From: Candidatus Cloacimonadota bacterium
Lineage (GTDB): Bacteria > Cloacimonadota > Cloacimonadia > G963667145
Length of the DNA: 64,000 nt
NCBI GenBank assembly: GCA_963676515.1
Contig: OY781061.1
Coordinates: forward strand, 758,630 to 822,629
Reading direction: 5' to 3'
Shown: piece by piece, positions 47,628 to 58,466 of the stretch
How positions within the stretch are numbered: position 1 is the stretch's first letter
Layout: every line of letters starts with the position of its first letter
The notes under the pieces: model-generated
The model's input: the letters and a program-made list of their open reading frames with translations, nothing else
Databases searched by the model: none
What the model was told of the DNA's origin: nothing
Made by a program: the position numbers and the translations under genes

Positions 47628-48723
47628 TTACATCTTATTAAATCGCAAAAACTCCTGAATGAAGCCATCCAGCTCGCCGTTCATCACCTTTTCCGTGTTT
47701 TTTAGTTCAAACTTGGTGCGGTGATCTTTGACCATCTGGTAAGGATGAAAAACATAGGAGCGAATCTGATTGCCCCAGCCAATTTCGGTTTTGGAGCTTT
47801 CCAGCTCTTTGTTCTCCTTCTTTTGCTCTTGGAGATAGTGCTGATATAGTCGGGACTTCAAGATTTTCATGGCGTGGTCTTTGTTCTTTAGCTGGCTTCG
47901 TTCGTTTTGGCACTGCACCACTATCCCTGTGGGGTTGTGGGTAATCCGCACGGCTGAGTCGGTGGTGTTCACGCATTGCCCGCCCTTGCCAGAGGCTCTG
48001 TAGGTGTCTATGCGGAGCTCACTGGGGTCTATGTCCACCTCTATCTGGTCGTCCACTAGTGGGTATGCAAACACTGAGGCGAAGGAGGTTTGTCGCTTGC
48101 CTTGTGCGTTGAAGGGAGATATCCGCACCAAGCGGTGGACTCCTGCCTCACAAGCCAGATAGCCGTAAGCGAACTGCCCTTTGATCTCCACGGTGGCACT
48201 CTTGATGCCAGCTTCGTCGCCTGCCTGTAACTCCACGATGTCCACCTTGAAACCTCGCTGTTCCGCCCATCGCAGGTACATCCGCAGTAACATCTCCGCC
48301 CAGTCTTGGCTTTCTGTGCCTCCTGCTCCAGGATTGAGAGTCAAGATGGCATCACCTGCGTCCAGCTCTCCAGAGAGCAGTGTCTTGATTTCTAGCTCCT
48401 GCAGGAACTTCTCCCACTGCATCAGCTCGTTTCCAGCTTCCGTGAGCAGTCCCGAGTCCTCTTGCAACATCTGCAAGTACACGCCCAAATCTTCGACGAT
48501 TGTGGCAAGATTTTTGCACTCCTCCTCTTTCGACTTGAGAAGATTAAGCTGTTTTATTATTTTTTGAGCTTTGCCCGTGTTGTTCCAGAATTCGGGTTGC
48601 ATCGTCTGCTTTTCTAGCTCTGCTATCTCTTTTTCTAATTTGACGAAGTCAAACCAACCTCCCAAGCTGCTCAGCTTTCAGGATTAGTTGGCTGGCTCTC
48701 TCTTTGAAATCTTGCATTTCCAT
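47628..48723 (-). CDS. prfB: Peptide chain release factor 2, with programmed +1 frameshift
   Basis: Frame 0 is ATG 48723..TGA 48651-48649, i.e. MEMQDFKERASQLILKAEQLGRLV then a stop. The +1 frame then continues DFVKLEKE... to 47628 and includes the GGQ motif. An internal SD GGGAGG lies 3 nt upstream of the shift site GTT TGA C. Confidence 0.85.
48648..48666 (-). other. prfB frameshift cassette (internal SD, slippery codon, in-frame UGA)
   Basis: CTT GGG AGG TTG GTT TGA C read on the minus strand. Confidence 0.8.
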
Positions 48724-48725
48724 CG

Positions 48726-50495
48726 TTACTCCTTATTTTGCAATGATGAAGCTATCACCTTTATTGCTTGTAAATGTTGTTGTGGATTCTTCGCTCCGGT
48801 CAAGATTAAAAAAACTTGCTTGACCATATTCTGCTTTTTGTCCCAAATCAAAGGCTCTTTCAAATCTATTTTTACCAAATATGGCTGCTCTAAACTTTCC
48901 AATCTGCAGTGTGGGATTGCCACATTTTGGGACATATAGGTAGAAGAGAGCTTTTCTCTTGCCATAAGTGAACTCAAAATCTCCGAGAAATTATCATCGC
49001 GGACGATGTTTAGCTCTCGCAAACTCTCCAGCCCTGAGATTAGGAGAGCTTTTGGGCTTTCTGCCTGAAGCAACAAACTCCTAGTTTCCAAAAAACAATC
49101 TTGCAGACTACTCTTTTTATTAACCGTCTGAGAGTAAATCTCCTTCTCGCCGATTGTCCAGTTTTTCCACTTAATCAGAGTCCTCTCCGAGAGTATCGCT
49201 CCACCCACTTCAAAAAAGACCAAAGCAGGGATGATGATATTGAAAATCATCTCGCCTCCACTGCCAGCAAGCACTGTGGCAACCAAAATCGTCTCTACCG
49301 CTGCCATGCCAGCTTGTGGGAGCATCAATTTAGGGAAAAAAGCCACAATCATGGGATCTTGCCCTGTGTATTTCGTGCCAAGGTGATTTCCCAGCAGTTT
49401 CCCCACAGTTCGCAAAGCTACATAAGCTAACGACAGACCTATGGTTGACCATGAGAAAGACTCTAGCTGGATAGATGCTCCGATGATGGCAAAAAAGAGC
49501 AGATTAAAAATCGGCATCACATTGTCGATCTTTAGGGAATCAAAGATGGCGTGGTAATGCAGGTTTGCCACCAAAAATCCAGCAAAAATAGCGGTGATGA
49601 GGAAAGGTAAATCGAGGTGAAGGCTGAAGGCTATCCCCACCGACACGACTCCGATAATAAACAAGAGCACTTCCACGGAGGGTGTGGGATGGTCGGACAG
49701 AAATGTGGACAGAAACCTTTCTTCTTTGCTGTCTTTGATTTCGTCTTGTGGACTTTTACCCCTCAGGAAGAAAAAAATTAGCACGAAGACAATAAAACCC
49801 AGAAGCAGCGACAAAGCTAGTTCCACCAAAAGGTGCTTCCCTAAGGCGAAAAAGCTCACCTCTTTGCCCATCTGGAGATACACTGCTACACCCAAGAAAA
49901 CAGAAAAGAAGATGACCTCCATCAAATCGTCAAGCACTACCACATTTGCCAGCAGGTTTTTTAGCTTCCCCTCTATGCTCAGCTTCCGCATCAGGATGAA
50001 AGTCAACGCTGGAGCGGTGGCAATGCCTATCGAGCCGATGATAAGCGAGTTGATGAGAGAAAAATCGAAGAAGAAATAAAAAGGGATACTCAGAACCACA
50101 AAAGTGATAACACCCTGCACGACGCAGATCGTCACCGCCGAGAAGCCCACCTCTTTTAGCCTGTCCAGATGTAACTCTTCTCCCAGAGAAAAGGCGATGA
50201 GTCCCAGAAAAAGGAAGACGAAAAAGTGAAAGCTCTCGATGATAGACTCATAGGAATGAAACCCGTCTGTGTGCACAAAGTGGTAGAGCCCCTGAAAGAT
50301 AGCGGGCAACTCTTGGCTGTCGTTCCAGCACCCGAGCAACGCTTGTAGCAAGTGAGGACCGACCAGCACACCGCCTACCATCTGCCCAATTACCTCACCT
50401 ATCTTGAGCTTTTTGGCAACAACTCCGCCCAAATAGCCAGCCAGCACTATCAAACCGATAGCCAAAATTTGCAATTTCATATACTGTAAGTTCAT
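48726..50495 (-). CDS. Cation:proton antiporter (CPA family) with a C-terminal PTS EIIA-Ntr-like domain
   Basis: 589 aa. About 400 aa form a Na_H-exchanger-type TM core. The C-terminus contains NVAIPHCRL, matching the EIIA type-2 phospho-His motif. Confidence 0.6.
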   Translation of the reverse strand: MNLQYMKLQILAIGLIVLAGYLGGVVAKKLKIGEVIGQMVGGVLVGPHLLQALLGCWNDSQELPAIFQGLYHFVHTDGFHSYESIIESFHFFVFLFLGLIAFSLGEELHLDRLKEVGFSAVTICVVQGVITFVVLSIPFYFFFDFSLINSLIIGSIGIATAPALTFILMRKLSIEGKLKNLLANVVVLDDLMEVIFFSVFLGVAVYLQMGKEVSFFALGKHLLVELALSLLLGFIVFVLIFFFLRGKSPQDEIKDSKEERFLSTFLSDHPTPSVEVLLFIIGVVSVGIAFSLHLDLPFLITAIFAGFLVANLHYHAIFDSLKIDNVMPIFNLLFFAIIGASIQLESFSWSTIGLSLAYVALRTVGKLLGNHLGTKYTGQDPMIVAFFPKLMLPQAGMAAVETILVATVLAGSGGEMIFNIIIPALVFFEVGGAILSERTLIKWKNWTIGEKEIYSQTVNKKSSLQDCFLETRSLLLQAESPKALLISGLESLRELNIVRDDNFSEILSSLMAREKLSSTYMSQNVAIPHCRLESLEQPYLVKIDLKEPLIWDKKQNMVKQVFLILTGAKNPQQHLQAIKVIASSLQNKE

Positions 50496-50513
50496 CGTTT
50501 CGCCTTTTTCCTC

Positions 50514-51197
50514 TTAACTTTTACCCAGCGGGAACTTCAAAGAGATGTTTTCCTGGAGCTTTGCAAAAAACCGATACAAACCCTCTTTTACCTTTGTCTC
50601 ATAATACGCTATCATCAGCTCGTCGTACTCTCCCTTTTGCTCGGGAGAAATATTTAAAGGCAAATATCCATTATCAACAAGAAAACCATTCATCATACAA
50701 AAAGCGGTTCGTTTATTGCCATCAAAAAAATATTGCGTGTCACACAGTGCTAGGTAATAATCTATGCCCGCTTTAAACTTGTCGGGGTTCTCTTGCGTAG
50801 ATTTTAGCAACTTTTGATAAGCACCTTCCAACTCTGTAACAGGGATTGGTTTCCAAATTTTTGTTCCTCTGATAGAAACAGCACTTGTCCGAAAGCTTCC
50901 CCACAGCAAAGCTTCATTCTCTGCGATTATGCCCTGATATTTTCGTAATCTTTGCACAGAAAGGTCGAACTTTTCGCTTTTCACCTCATTTAACATCGTT
51001 TGCCAACAGTTGACCATTCTCTTCGCTTGAAAAATCTCTTCTAATCGACCAGTTATTGGGCTATTGCGACAATAACGAATATCTTCTATCTGGGCGACAG
51101 TCGTATTATTGCCCTCGTGAACTGCTAAGCTGTCATGCACAAATTGTGCAAAATACTTGTCTGCCACAAAAATTGCCCAATCTCTCTTGCTTATCAT
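50514..51197 (-). CDS. Doc/Fic-family protein with a degenerate motif (QYFFDGNKR)
   Basis: 227 aa. The xFxDGNKR core is Doc-type, but the canonical His is replaced by Gln. Confidence 0.45.
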   Translation of the reverse strand: MISKRDWAIFVADKYFAQFVHDSLAVHEGNNTTVAQIEDIRYCRNSPITGRLEEIFQAKRMVNCWQTMLNEVKSEKFDLSVQRLRKYQGIIAENEALLWGSFRTSAVSIRGTKIWKPIPVTELEGAYQKLLKSTQENPDKFKAGIDYYLALCDTQYFFDGNKRTAFCMMNGFLVDNGYLPLNISPEQKGEYDELMIAYYETKVKEGLYRFFAKLQENISLKFPLGKS

Positions 51198-51222
51198 CTT
51201 TCCCTCATATTAAATATAGTAA

Positions 51223-51251
51223 GACGAAGGCAAAATAACTTTACCTTCGTC
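51223..51251 (-). terminator. Hairpin after the aldolase gene (8-bp stem gacgaagg / ccttcgtc)
   Basis: Read directly from the sequence. Confidence 0.45.
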
Positions 51252-51266
51252 CATTTTTCTTTTTGC

Positions 51267-52241
51267 TTATAATAGTATCGATGTGCTTTTTGCTCCTGCT
51301 ATCTCAACCAAGCTCTCTACAGCCGATTGCATCGCATTCTCGCCTTTTACCAGCCATTTACGCGGGTCAAACCTGCTTTTATCTGGAGAGTAGTGTTTCG
51401 CATCCGTGCCGCTAGGACACACGATAGCATCCTTTTCCACTTCCCAATACCCTTGCACAGCCGCAGCTATCTCCATTTGGTAACGAGTGTCTTTGTTAAT
51501 CTTGACCACACCATTAGCGACAGCATCTTGTTGTTGTTTGACGGTAAGCCCCGAAGCTCCGTGCAACACCAAGCCCGCATCGAGCTTCGCTTTAGCCAGC
51601 AGCAAGTCGATCTCTTTGATGAGCCCTAACCTGAGCACCACATCCGCACCCTTAGTCACTCCGTGATTTGTCCCCACAGACGCCGCAAATAAATCTACGC
51701 CAGTTTTTTGCACAAATTCCAAAGCCTCTTGGGGATTAGTATAAAGCTCGCCTTCGCTCACTAGCTCGTCCTCATTACCTTTGATGTAGCCAATCTCGCC
51801 TTCCACCAACACATTATGTTTGTGAGCAACAGCCACTACCTCTTTGGTAATTCGCACATTCTCGGCAAAGTCCTCATGAGAAGCGTCAATCATCACAGTA
51901 GACACCAGCCCTTGCTCTATGCAATACACGATGAAGTCAAAATCTTTGGGAGCACCGTGGTCGATATTCAGACCGACACCGCTGTTCTTGTATTGTCCTG
52001 CGATATTTTTGACCATATCGGAAATAAATCGTGCACCTAGTTTCAAATCTTTCGTCTGCCCAGCAGCAAACTTGCAAGCACCAGAGGAAATTTGTAGCAG
52101 TCCATCAGCCTGCATCGCGTTATATCCCTGGATCATCGCCCTCACAGAGGTGTCGAACACCACATTAGAAGCAATAATGCCGAACCGTTCTTTTTTCGCC
52201 TTCATAATAACTTTCTTCATCTGATCACCACTCAAAAACAT
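51267..52241 (-). CDS. Class II ketose-bisphosphate aldolase (fructose-/tagatose-bisphosphate aldolase family)
   Basis: 324 aa; the zinc-binding blocks DHG, EGEIG and HGASG. Confidence 0.7.
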   Translation of the reverse strand: MFLSGDQMKKVIMKAKKERFGIIASNVVFDTSVRAMIQGYNAMQADGLLQISSGACKFAAGQTKDLKLGARFISDMVKNIAGQYKNSGVGLNIDHGAPKDFDFIVYCIEQGLVSTVMIDASHEDFAENVRITKEVVAVAHKHNVLVEGEIGYIKGNEDELVSEGELYTNPQEALEFVQKTGVDLFAASVGTNHGVTKGADVVLRLGLIKEIDLLLAKAKLDAGLVLHGASGLTVKQQQDAVANGVVKINKDTRYQMEIAAAVQGYWEVEKDAIVCPSGTDAKHYSPDKSRFDPRKWLVKGENAMQSAVESLVEIAGAKSTSILL

Positions 52242-52254
52242 CTATCCTCCCTTT

Positions 52255-53580
52255 TTATCTTAATTTATCTTCATCCACTATCTCGATCCGCTCACCCATA
52301 ATGTAAGTCGCCAAGATATTGCGGTCGTCGCCCATCATCTGCAATCCAAAGAGCATCTTCTCCACATCCCACTTGCTTTCCCTTTGCAGATAATCTGTGC
52401 GAAGTTTTTGCAAGTAGGGCTTTTTGTAGCTCAGCACGATGAAATCTGCCTCTTTGCCTTTGCCAAAAGAACCAATCTTATCTTCCAGATGCAGAGCTTT
52501 GGCAGCACCCAGAGTCGATTTGTAAAAACTCTCGTAAGCGTTCATGGGATAACCGTTGAGCTGCTGAATCTTGTAAGCCTCGTTCATCGTACGCAAGAGC
52601 GAAAAGCTCGTGCCAGCTCCCACATCTGTGGCAATGGTCGTCTGCACGCCCATCTTGTTGGCTTTACCCATATCAAAAAGTCCACTGCCCAAGTAAACAT
52701 TGGAAGTCGGAGAGTGTGCAATAGATGCACCTGCTTTGGCTATCCTGCACATCTCGCTATCACTCAGGTGGATACCGTGAGCAAAAACGCTTCTGGAAGT
52801 AAGTAATCCGTGTTTCTCATAGATTTCCAGATAGTCCTCGCATTCTGGAAATAACTCCAAAGCAGTCTTTATCTCCAGTTTGTTTTCCGATATATGGGTT
52901 TGGAAATAAACGCTTGGATTTTCCCGCAAGAGTTCTCCCGACACCTTCAGTTGCTCTGCCGAACAGGTCAAAGCAAAGCGAGGAGTCACCGCGTAGGAGG
53001 CTCTGCCCTTATTATGCCACCTGTCGATCAGTTTTTGCGTCTGCTTCTTGTAATCTTTGCCGTCCATCAGGCACTCGGGGCAATTACAGTCCATCAGCAC
53101 TTTTCCGGCGATAATCCGCATATTGAATTGCGATGCCACCTTGAAAATCGCCTGTGCAGATTGTGGATGCACAGAGGCGTAGCACATACAGGTCGTCGTT
53201 CCGTAGCGAAAAAGCTCTTTGATGAAAATTTTCGCTATGCGAGTGGCGTATTCCGCATCGGCAAACTGACTTTCCACAGGGAAGGTGTAATTTTGCAACC
53301 AATCGATAAGTTGCTTGCCGTACGAGCCGATCATCTCCGTCTGCGGATAGTGGATGTGCGTATCAATAAAGCCCGGCATTATCAGGTTTTCGCCGTAATC
53401 TATCACCCTCGTGTCGGGGTGTTTTCGTTCCAGCTCATCGCTTTGCCCTACTTCCAAAATAAGACCATCTTCGATGCAAATCGCCCCTTTCGGCAAATAC
53501 ACACTGAAATCTTGAGGATTTTTTCCCAAGGAAGGAGCGTCCGTAAAATAAAAGATTTCGCCTTTTACAATTTTTTTCAT
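52255..53580 (-). CDS. guaD: Guanine deaminase (amidohydrolase superfamily)
   Basis: 441 aa; FIDTHIHYPQ, THISEN and AHSPTSN blocks. Confidence 0.7.
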   Translation of the reverse strand: MKKIVKGEIFYFTDAPSLGKNPQDFSVYLPKGAICIEDGLILEVGQSDELERKHPDTRVIDYGENLIMPGFIDTHIHYPQTEMIGSYGKQLIDWLQNYTFPVESQFADAEYATRIAKIFIKELFRYGTTTCMCYASVHPQSAQAIFKVASQFNMRIIAGKVLMDCNCPECLMDGKDYKKQTQKLIDRWHNKGRASYAVTPRFALTCSAEQLKVSGELLRENPSVYFQTHISENKLEIKTALELFPECEDYLEIYEKHGLLTSRSVFAHGIHLSDSEMCRIAKAGASIAHSPTSNVYLGSGLFDMGKANKMGVQTTIATDVGAGTSFSLLRTMNEAYKIQQLNGYPMNAYESFYKSTLGAAKALHLEDKIGSFGKGKEADFIVLSYKKPYLQKLRTDYLQRESKWDVEKMLFGLQMMGDDRNILATYIMGERIEIVDEDKLR

Positions 53581-53612
53581 TTTAACTTCTTTTTTATTTT
53601 TCTTTACTTCTC

Positions 53613-54383
53613 TTAAAGATTTTCACCTCGGCAAATCCTTACCCCTTCCGAAGCTCCTATTCTATTCGCTCCCGCTTTTAGCATCGCCAGAGCTGTCGCT
53701 CTATCACGGATGCCTCCAGACGCTTTCACGCCCATCTTATTGCCTACCACCTTTCGCATCAAAGCCACATCTTGCTTGCGAGCTCCAGCCATAGAAAAGC
53801 CTGTAGAAGTCTTCACAAAATCGGCTCCCTCTTTCTTCGCCAGCAAACAGGCAACGATTTTTTCGTCCTCAGTTAGTAAGCAGGTCTCTATTATCACCTT
53901 CAGCTTTGCTCCAAATTTATGGCATTCTTTAGCCAAGAGGTTTATCTCTTTTTGGACTTTGCCCAAATCGCTGTCTTTTAGAGCTCCGATATTTATCACC
54001 ATATCCACTTCATTCGCTCCTGCTTCTAGCACTTCTTTCGTCTCCGCTAACTTCACCTCTGGCGTGCTAGCTCCCAAAGGGAAGCCCACCACACAGCACA
54101 GCGGCACAGTTGGCAAGTGCTTCTTCGCCTCTTTCGCCCACACAGCGTTGACGCACACACTGACAAAATTATACTCCTGAGCCTGCTTACACAAGCGAGC
54201 GATGTCGGCTTGTTGAGCGTCTGGTTTCAAAAGCGTGTGGTCTATATATTGTGCTAGGTTTTCCAAATCAACTGCCACTTGGTCTGGCTCTGCTGACCTC
54301 TCTTGTTCCCAAAGGAAAAACTCCTCTTTGCCCTTATCGCCGAAAATATTTCGAATCTCTTGCTCTACTCTTTCGTCTTCCAT
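53613..54383 (-). CDS. deoC: Deoxyribose-phosphate aldolase
   Basis: DHTLLKP...KVIIETCLL...FVKTSTGF; the Schiff-base Lys context is present. Confidence 0.8.
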   Translation of the reverse strand: MEDERVEQEIRNIFGDKGKEEFFLWEQERSAEPDQVAVDLENLAQYIDHTLLKPDAQQADIARLCKQAQEYNFVSVCVNAVWAKEAKKHLPTVPLCCVVGFPLGASTPEVKLAETKEVLEAGANEVDMVINIGALKDSDLGKVQKEINLLAKECHKFGAKLKVIIETCLLTEDEKIVACLLAKKEGADFVKTSTGFSMAGARKQDVALMRKVVGNKMGVKASGGIRDRATALAMLKAGANRIGASEGVRICRGENL

Positions 54384-54384
54384 T

Positions 54385-55626
54385 TTATCCCCTTATCTGT
54401 CCATCGCCAGAAATAACATATTTGTAAGTTACCAGCTCATTTAATCCCATCGGACCTCTAGCATGCATTTTTTGGGTGCTAATGCCCATTTCACAGCCAA
54501 ATCCGAAAACCGCTCCATCTGTAAATCTGGTGGAAGCGTTCACATACACAGCAGCAGCGTCCACCTCCGTCTGAAACCTTTGGCAAGCATCATAATCGCT
54601 ACTCACTATCGCCTCAGAATGCAAACTTCCGTATTTGCCTATATGCTCTATGGCTTGCTCGATATTTTCCACCACTTTTACCGCTAATATCAAATCCAAG
54701 AACTCTTCTGCCCAGTCACTCTCTTCTGCTGGCTTGCACTTTATCACCTTTTGCGTTTGTGTGCAACCTCTTATCTCTACGCTGCCAGCGAGTTTTCCAG
54801 CCAAAGCTGGCAAAAACTCACCGCAAATTTCTTTGTCCACCAGCACAGTTTCGCAAGCGTTACACACGCCCGGTCTTTGTGTTTTGGCATTTTCGATGAT
54901 GTCCAGAGCCATCTGTTGGTCTGCCGAAGAGTGCACATAGATGTGGCAGTTTCCCACTCCTGTCTCAATCGTCTTGACTTTGGCGTTATTTACCACCATC
55001 TTGATGAGTCCTGCTCCTCCGCGAGGAATGATAAGGTCCAAATAGTCTGTCAGTTGCAGCATCTGCTCCACTTGTTTGCGGTCGGCTTTTTCCAGAAGTT
55101 GCACTACTTCGGGCGAGATTTTACTCTTGGCAAGTCCCAGTTTGATAGCCTTTACCAAAGCTTTGTTCGAATGCAAAGCCGAAGAGCTTCCTCGTAGCAA
55201 GATAGCATTACCACTCTTGAGAGCCAAAGCAAAGGCGTCTACAGTGACATTGGGTCGAGATTCGTAAATCATCCCCAAAACTCCCATCGGCACGCTTATC
55301 TTGCTTATCTTCAAGCCATTGTCTATCTGCCAACCTTCAAGTACTCTGCCCACAGGTTCTTTCAGGTTTGCCACTTCTCGCAGACTATCGCTTATATCTT
55401 TTATTCTGCCTTCATCCAAAAGCAGTCGGTCTATCAGAGGGGCACTCATTCCTGAGGTTTGTGCCACTGCCACATCCAAAGCGTTAGCTTGTAAGACAGC
55501 AGACATCTGCTCTATCAAGCAATCTGCCACAATCTTCAGAGCTTCATTTTTGTCTGCAGGTTTACAGGTAGCCAAAAAACTTTTTGCTTCTTTTAAAAGT
55601 TTTGCTTTCTCTATCAACTCTTTCAT
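54385..55626 (-). CDS. proA: Gamma-glutamyl phosphate reductase
   Basis: 413 aa; aldehyde dehydrogenase fold with the catalytic Cys in the NACETVLV context. Confidence 0.85.
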   Translation of the reverse strand: MKELIEKAKLLKEAKSFLATCKPADKNEALKIVADCLIEQMSAVLQANALDVAVAQTSGMSAPLIDRLLLDEGRIKDISDSLREVANLKEPVGRVLEGWQIDNGLKISKISVPMGVLGMIYESRPNVTVDAFALALKSGNAILLRGSSSALHSNKALVKAIKLGLAKSKISPEVVQLLEKADRKQVEQMLQLTDYLDLIIPRGGAGLIKMVVNNAKVKTIETGVGNCHIYVHSSADQQMALDIIENAKTQRPGVCNACETVLVDKEICGEFLPALAGKLAGSVEIRGCTQTQKVIKCKPAEESDWAEEFLDLILAVKVVENIEQAIEHIGKYGSLHSEAIVSSDYDACQRFQTEVDAAAVYVNASTRFTDGAVFGFGCEMGISTQKMHARGPMGLNELVTYKYVISGDGQIRG

Positions 55627-55643
55627 TTTATTCGCTTGCCTAT

Positions 55644-56087
55644 TTATTTTAGCCGAACGAGCTCTATTCCTGCTTCTTGTAAAATCTGTTTCGCCAAGTT
55701 ATCTTCATAGTCATCAGCAATATAAATCTTCGTGATCTCGGCGTTTACCAATATTTTCGCACAGATGCTACAAGGAGAGTTCGTGCAATACAACACAGCC
55801 CCTGAGATGCTTACTCCGTTTACAGCTGCTTGGATCACGGCGTTTTGTTCAGCATGCACAGCTCGGCAAATCTCATGCCTTTGTCCTGAGGGGATTTTTA
55901 GCTCTTCCCGCAAACATCCTCGTGACTCGCAGTGCTCTAGCCCTTTGGGCGAGCCGTTGTATCCCGTGGACAAGATTTGCTTATTCTTGACGATAATCGC
56001 ACCCACTTGACGCCTTAAGCATGTCGACCTTTTCGCTACCACTTTCGTTATTTCCATAAAATATTCATGCCAATTGAGCCTTTTCAT
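55644..56087 (-). CDS. dCMP deaminase (ComEB/cytidine-deaminase-like)
   Basis: 147 aa; the HAEQNA...PCSICA zinc motif. Confidence 0.8.
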   Translation of the reverse strand: MKRLNWHEYFMEITKVVAKRSTCLRRQVGAIIVKNKQILSTGYNGSPKGLEHCESRGCLREELKIPSGQRHEICRAVHAEQNAVIQAAVNGVSISGAVLYCTNSPCSICAKILVNAEITKIYIADDYEDNLAKQILQEAGIELVRLK

Positions 56088-57346
56088 ACGACCTCCCAGC
56101 CTTTGAAAACTTCATCAACTATTAACAAATAGCGACAATCCAGCCTGCTTTTAAGCTTTTCTTTGCTTACTCCGTCCAGCGTTATTCCTTGCGTATTGAA
56201 AACAGACGAAGACAAGCAAACCACTTTTCCGCTTCCGTTTACTTGCTCCACTATGTCCACAGCAGTCAGAAGTCCACTCACCGTCACAGAAGTTCCGAAA
56301 AAAAAGTTTTTCACTTTCACCACTTCCGTCAAAATATTTGTCTCAACCTCTATTTCCCCGCTTATTTGCTCGATATATTTAGCGATAGACTCTCCGCAGA
56401 CGAAAATCAAATCTGTCTGCAAATCTTTTACAAAGCGACAAAACTTTTTTTTTTCTTCTTCCCAGCCAAAAAGCATCTGTCTTATTAGCCCGATACCGTT
56501 TTCCAACTGAGGAAAATCTTGATAGTCATCAAAACTCGGCAAAGGCAAATCCGCCTGCAAAAACATCTCGTCGGAGCAAAACACATTGGGAAACTTTTGG
56601 GCTGTCTCTATGACCTTCTTTGCCTCTTGTGGTGTTAGTTTTCGCAGTGGTGTTAGTCCTTGGCGATATTTAGTCAAGCCTACAGGAACTATTCCTACAG
56701 ACTCTGGCTCGAACTTTTGTAAGCCAAGCAATGTCTTTTCAAACACTTCACCATCGTTATATTCTGGCACCAAGACTATTTGAAAATGAAACCTAATTCC
56801 TTGTGAAAAAAGATCTTGCAAAATTGGCTCAATATCTGTCACACCGCTGCCAGCGATCATTTTTTTGCGAACTTCTCGATCCAAGGCGTGCACAGAAACA
56901 TAAAGCGGAGACAGGTTTTGCTCTTTTATCTGCCTTATGTCTTGCGGGGTAATATTAGAAAAAGTAATGAAATTGCCATAAATGAAGGAGAAAAGGAAAT
57001 CGTCGTCCCTGAGGTAAAGAGTGGGTCTCATCCCCTTGGGCAATTGGCGGACGAAACAAAATACGCAATTATTTTGGCACTCTCTGCAACGATGTTGATG
57101 CGGCACTAAGCCCAAAGGTGTTTGCAAATCCAGCTGGCTTTGCTTCATTTTCCCCTCAGCAGATTTCCACTCTAAGCAAATTTTAGGGTCTGCACTGTAA
57201 AACTGCAAATCGAGAAAATTGTTTATTGCGCTTCCATTGATAAAAAAAACTTCGTCTTCGGGCTGAATGCCAATCATTGCAGCTGGAGATCCGCTAACAA
57301 CCTCTTTAATTTTAAGGCTCATTTGACAAATATTACTTGTAGTCAA
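56084..57346 (-). CDS. PDZ-domain plus DUF512-type protein (radical-SAM-related fold)
   Basis: 420 aa; an N-terminal PDZ-like segment followed by a [12 protein letters not shown] cysteine cluster. Confidence 0.45.
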   Translation of the reverse strand: MTTSNICQMSLKIKEVVSGSPAAMIGIQPEDEVFFINGSAINNFLDLQFYSADPKICLEWKSAEGKMKQSQLDLQTPLGLVPHQHRCRECQNNCVFCFVRQLPKGMRPTLYLRDDDFLFSFIYGNFITFSNITPQDIRQIKEQNLSPLYVSVHALDREVRKKMIAGSGVTDIEPILQDLFSQGIRFHFQIVLVPEYNDGEVFEKTLLGLQKFEPESVGIVPVGLTKYRQGLTPLRKLTPQEAKKVIETAQKFPNVFCSDEMFLQADLPLPSFDDYQDFPQLENGIGLIRQMLFGWEEEKKKFCRFVKDLQTDLIFVCGESIAKYIEQISGEIEVETNILTEVVKVKNFFFGTSVTVSGLLTAVDIVEQVNGSGKVVCLSSSVFNTQGITLDGVSKEKLKSRLDCRYLLIVDEVFKGWEVV

Positions 57347-58466
57347 GCCTTAAGATGGACTCGCTATTCACGGTAATCAAACTGCCATTGTACACCAACG
57401 GTAAAGATTTTTTATTCGCAAATTTCTTATGCCAGACCTCTCTATTCGAGAGCAAATCTACCGCCATAAAGTAGCCTCCTACATCTTGAGAGTAAGCATA
57501 ACTACCCACCACCATCGTCGGCAATTGGATATCTCCACCGCTTTTGATTTTTTTGATGAATTCTCCGTTTCGCTTGTCCAAAATGTATAAGTAATCGTCG
57601 TAAGAACCAACGATAAGTTTATTTTTGTAAATAGACGGTGAGCCTGTCACCCAGTAACCTGTTTTGTAGCTCCATTTTTCTTTGCCATTATTTACATCCA
57701 AGCAGTACACATTGTAATCTCTGCTCCCGATATAAACAGAGCCACCATCTATCACTGGGGCTGTCTCGATGTAATCTTGCGTCGAGAATTTCCACTTAAT
57801 CTCACCAGTTACCAAATCGCTCGCATACAAATTCCTATCTCCATACACAACTACGCCGCTTTTTTCGTCTATAGAAGGTGAGGTGTAAATTCTGCCGTCC
57901 AGCTTTACTTTCCACACCAGCTCGCCATTTTTGCAGTTCAAAGCGTACAAGTAATTATCCCAGCTGCCAAAATAGACGATACCGCCATAAACGACTGCGG
58001 AAGCTGTGATATAATTATCAGTCTTAAATTTCCAAATAAGCGAACCGTTAGAAGCGTTAATGGCATAAAAATGTTTATCGTAACTTCCCACATACACAGT
58101 GTTGTTCGCCACTGCAGCACTGGCTGAGTTCCGGCGTTTGGTGCGAAAAACCCAATCACAAACTCCTGAATTATAATTTATCGCCATAATGCAATTTTCG
58201 TAATCGCTAACTATTATCTTTTCGTTGTATATCACAGGAGAGGAGTAAACCGCTTTGTTTACAGGATATTGCCACTTTACCAATGATGGTGCTTGCTCTC
58301 GCAAAGATTGAGTAAAATAAAAGCCACTTCTGCCCAAATCTGACTGAAACATACTATTCTCACTATTGATTTCTTGTGAAATGTTGCGGTATTTCCCTTT
58401 TATCACATCTTTCCCGCATCCCCACAAAATCAAGGCAATCAAACTTGTTTTAAGCAAAAATTTCAT
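57333..58466 (-). CDS. PQQ-like beta-propeller lipoprotein (BamB-like)
   Basis: Lipoprotein signal ending LWGC. Repeated ~40-aa YALN..G...W blades. Confidence 0.55.
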   Translation of the reverse strand: MKFLLKTSLIALILWGCGKDVIKGKYRNISQEINSENSMFQSDLGRSGFYFTQSLREQAPSLVKWQYPVNKAVYSSPVIYNEKIIVSDYENCIMAINYNSGVCDWVFRTKRRNSASAAVANNTVYVGSYDKHFYAINASNGSLIWKFKTDNYITASAVVYGGIVYFGSWDNYLYALNCKNGELVWKVKLDGRIYTSPSIDEKSGVVVYGDRNLYASDLVTGEIKWKFSTQDYIETAPVIDGGSVYIGSRDYNVYCLDVNNGKEKWSYKTGYWVTGSPSIYKNKLIVGSYDDYLYILDKRNGEFIKKIKSGGDIQLPTMVVGSYAYSQDVGGYFMAVDLLSNREVWHKKFANKKSLPLVYNGSLITVNSESILRLDYK

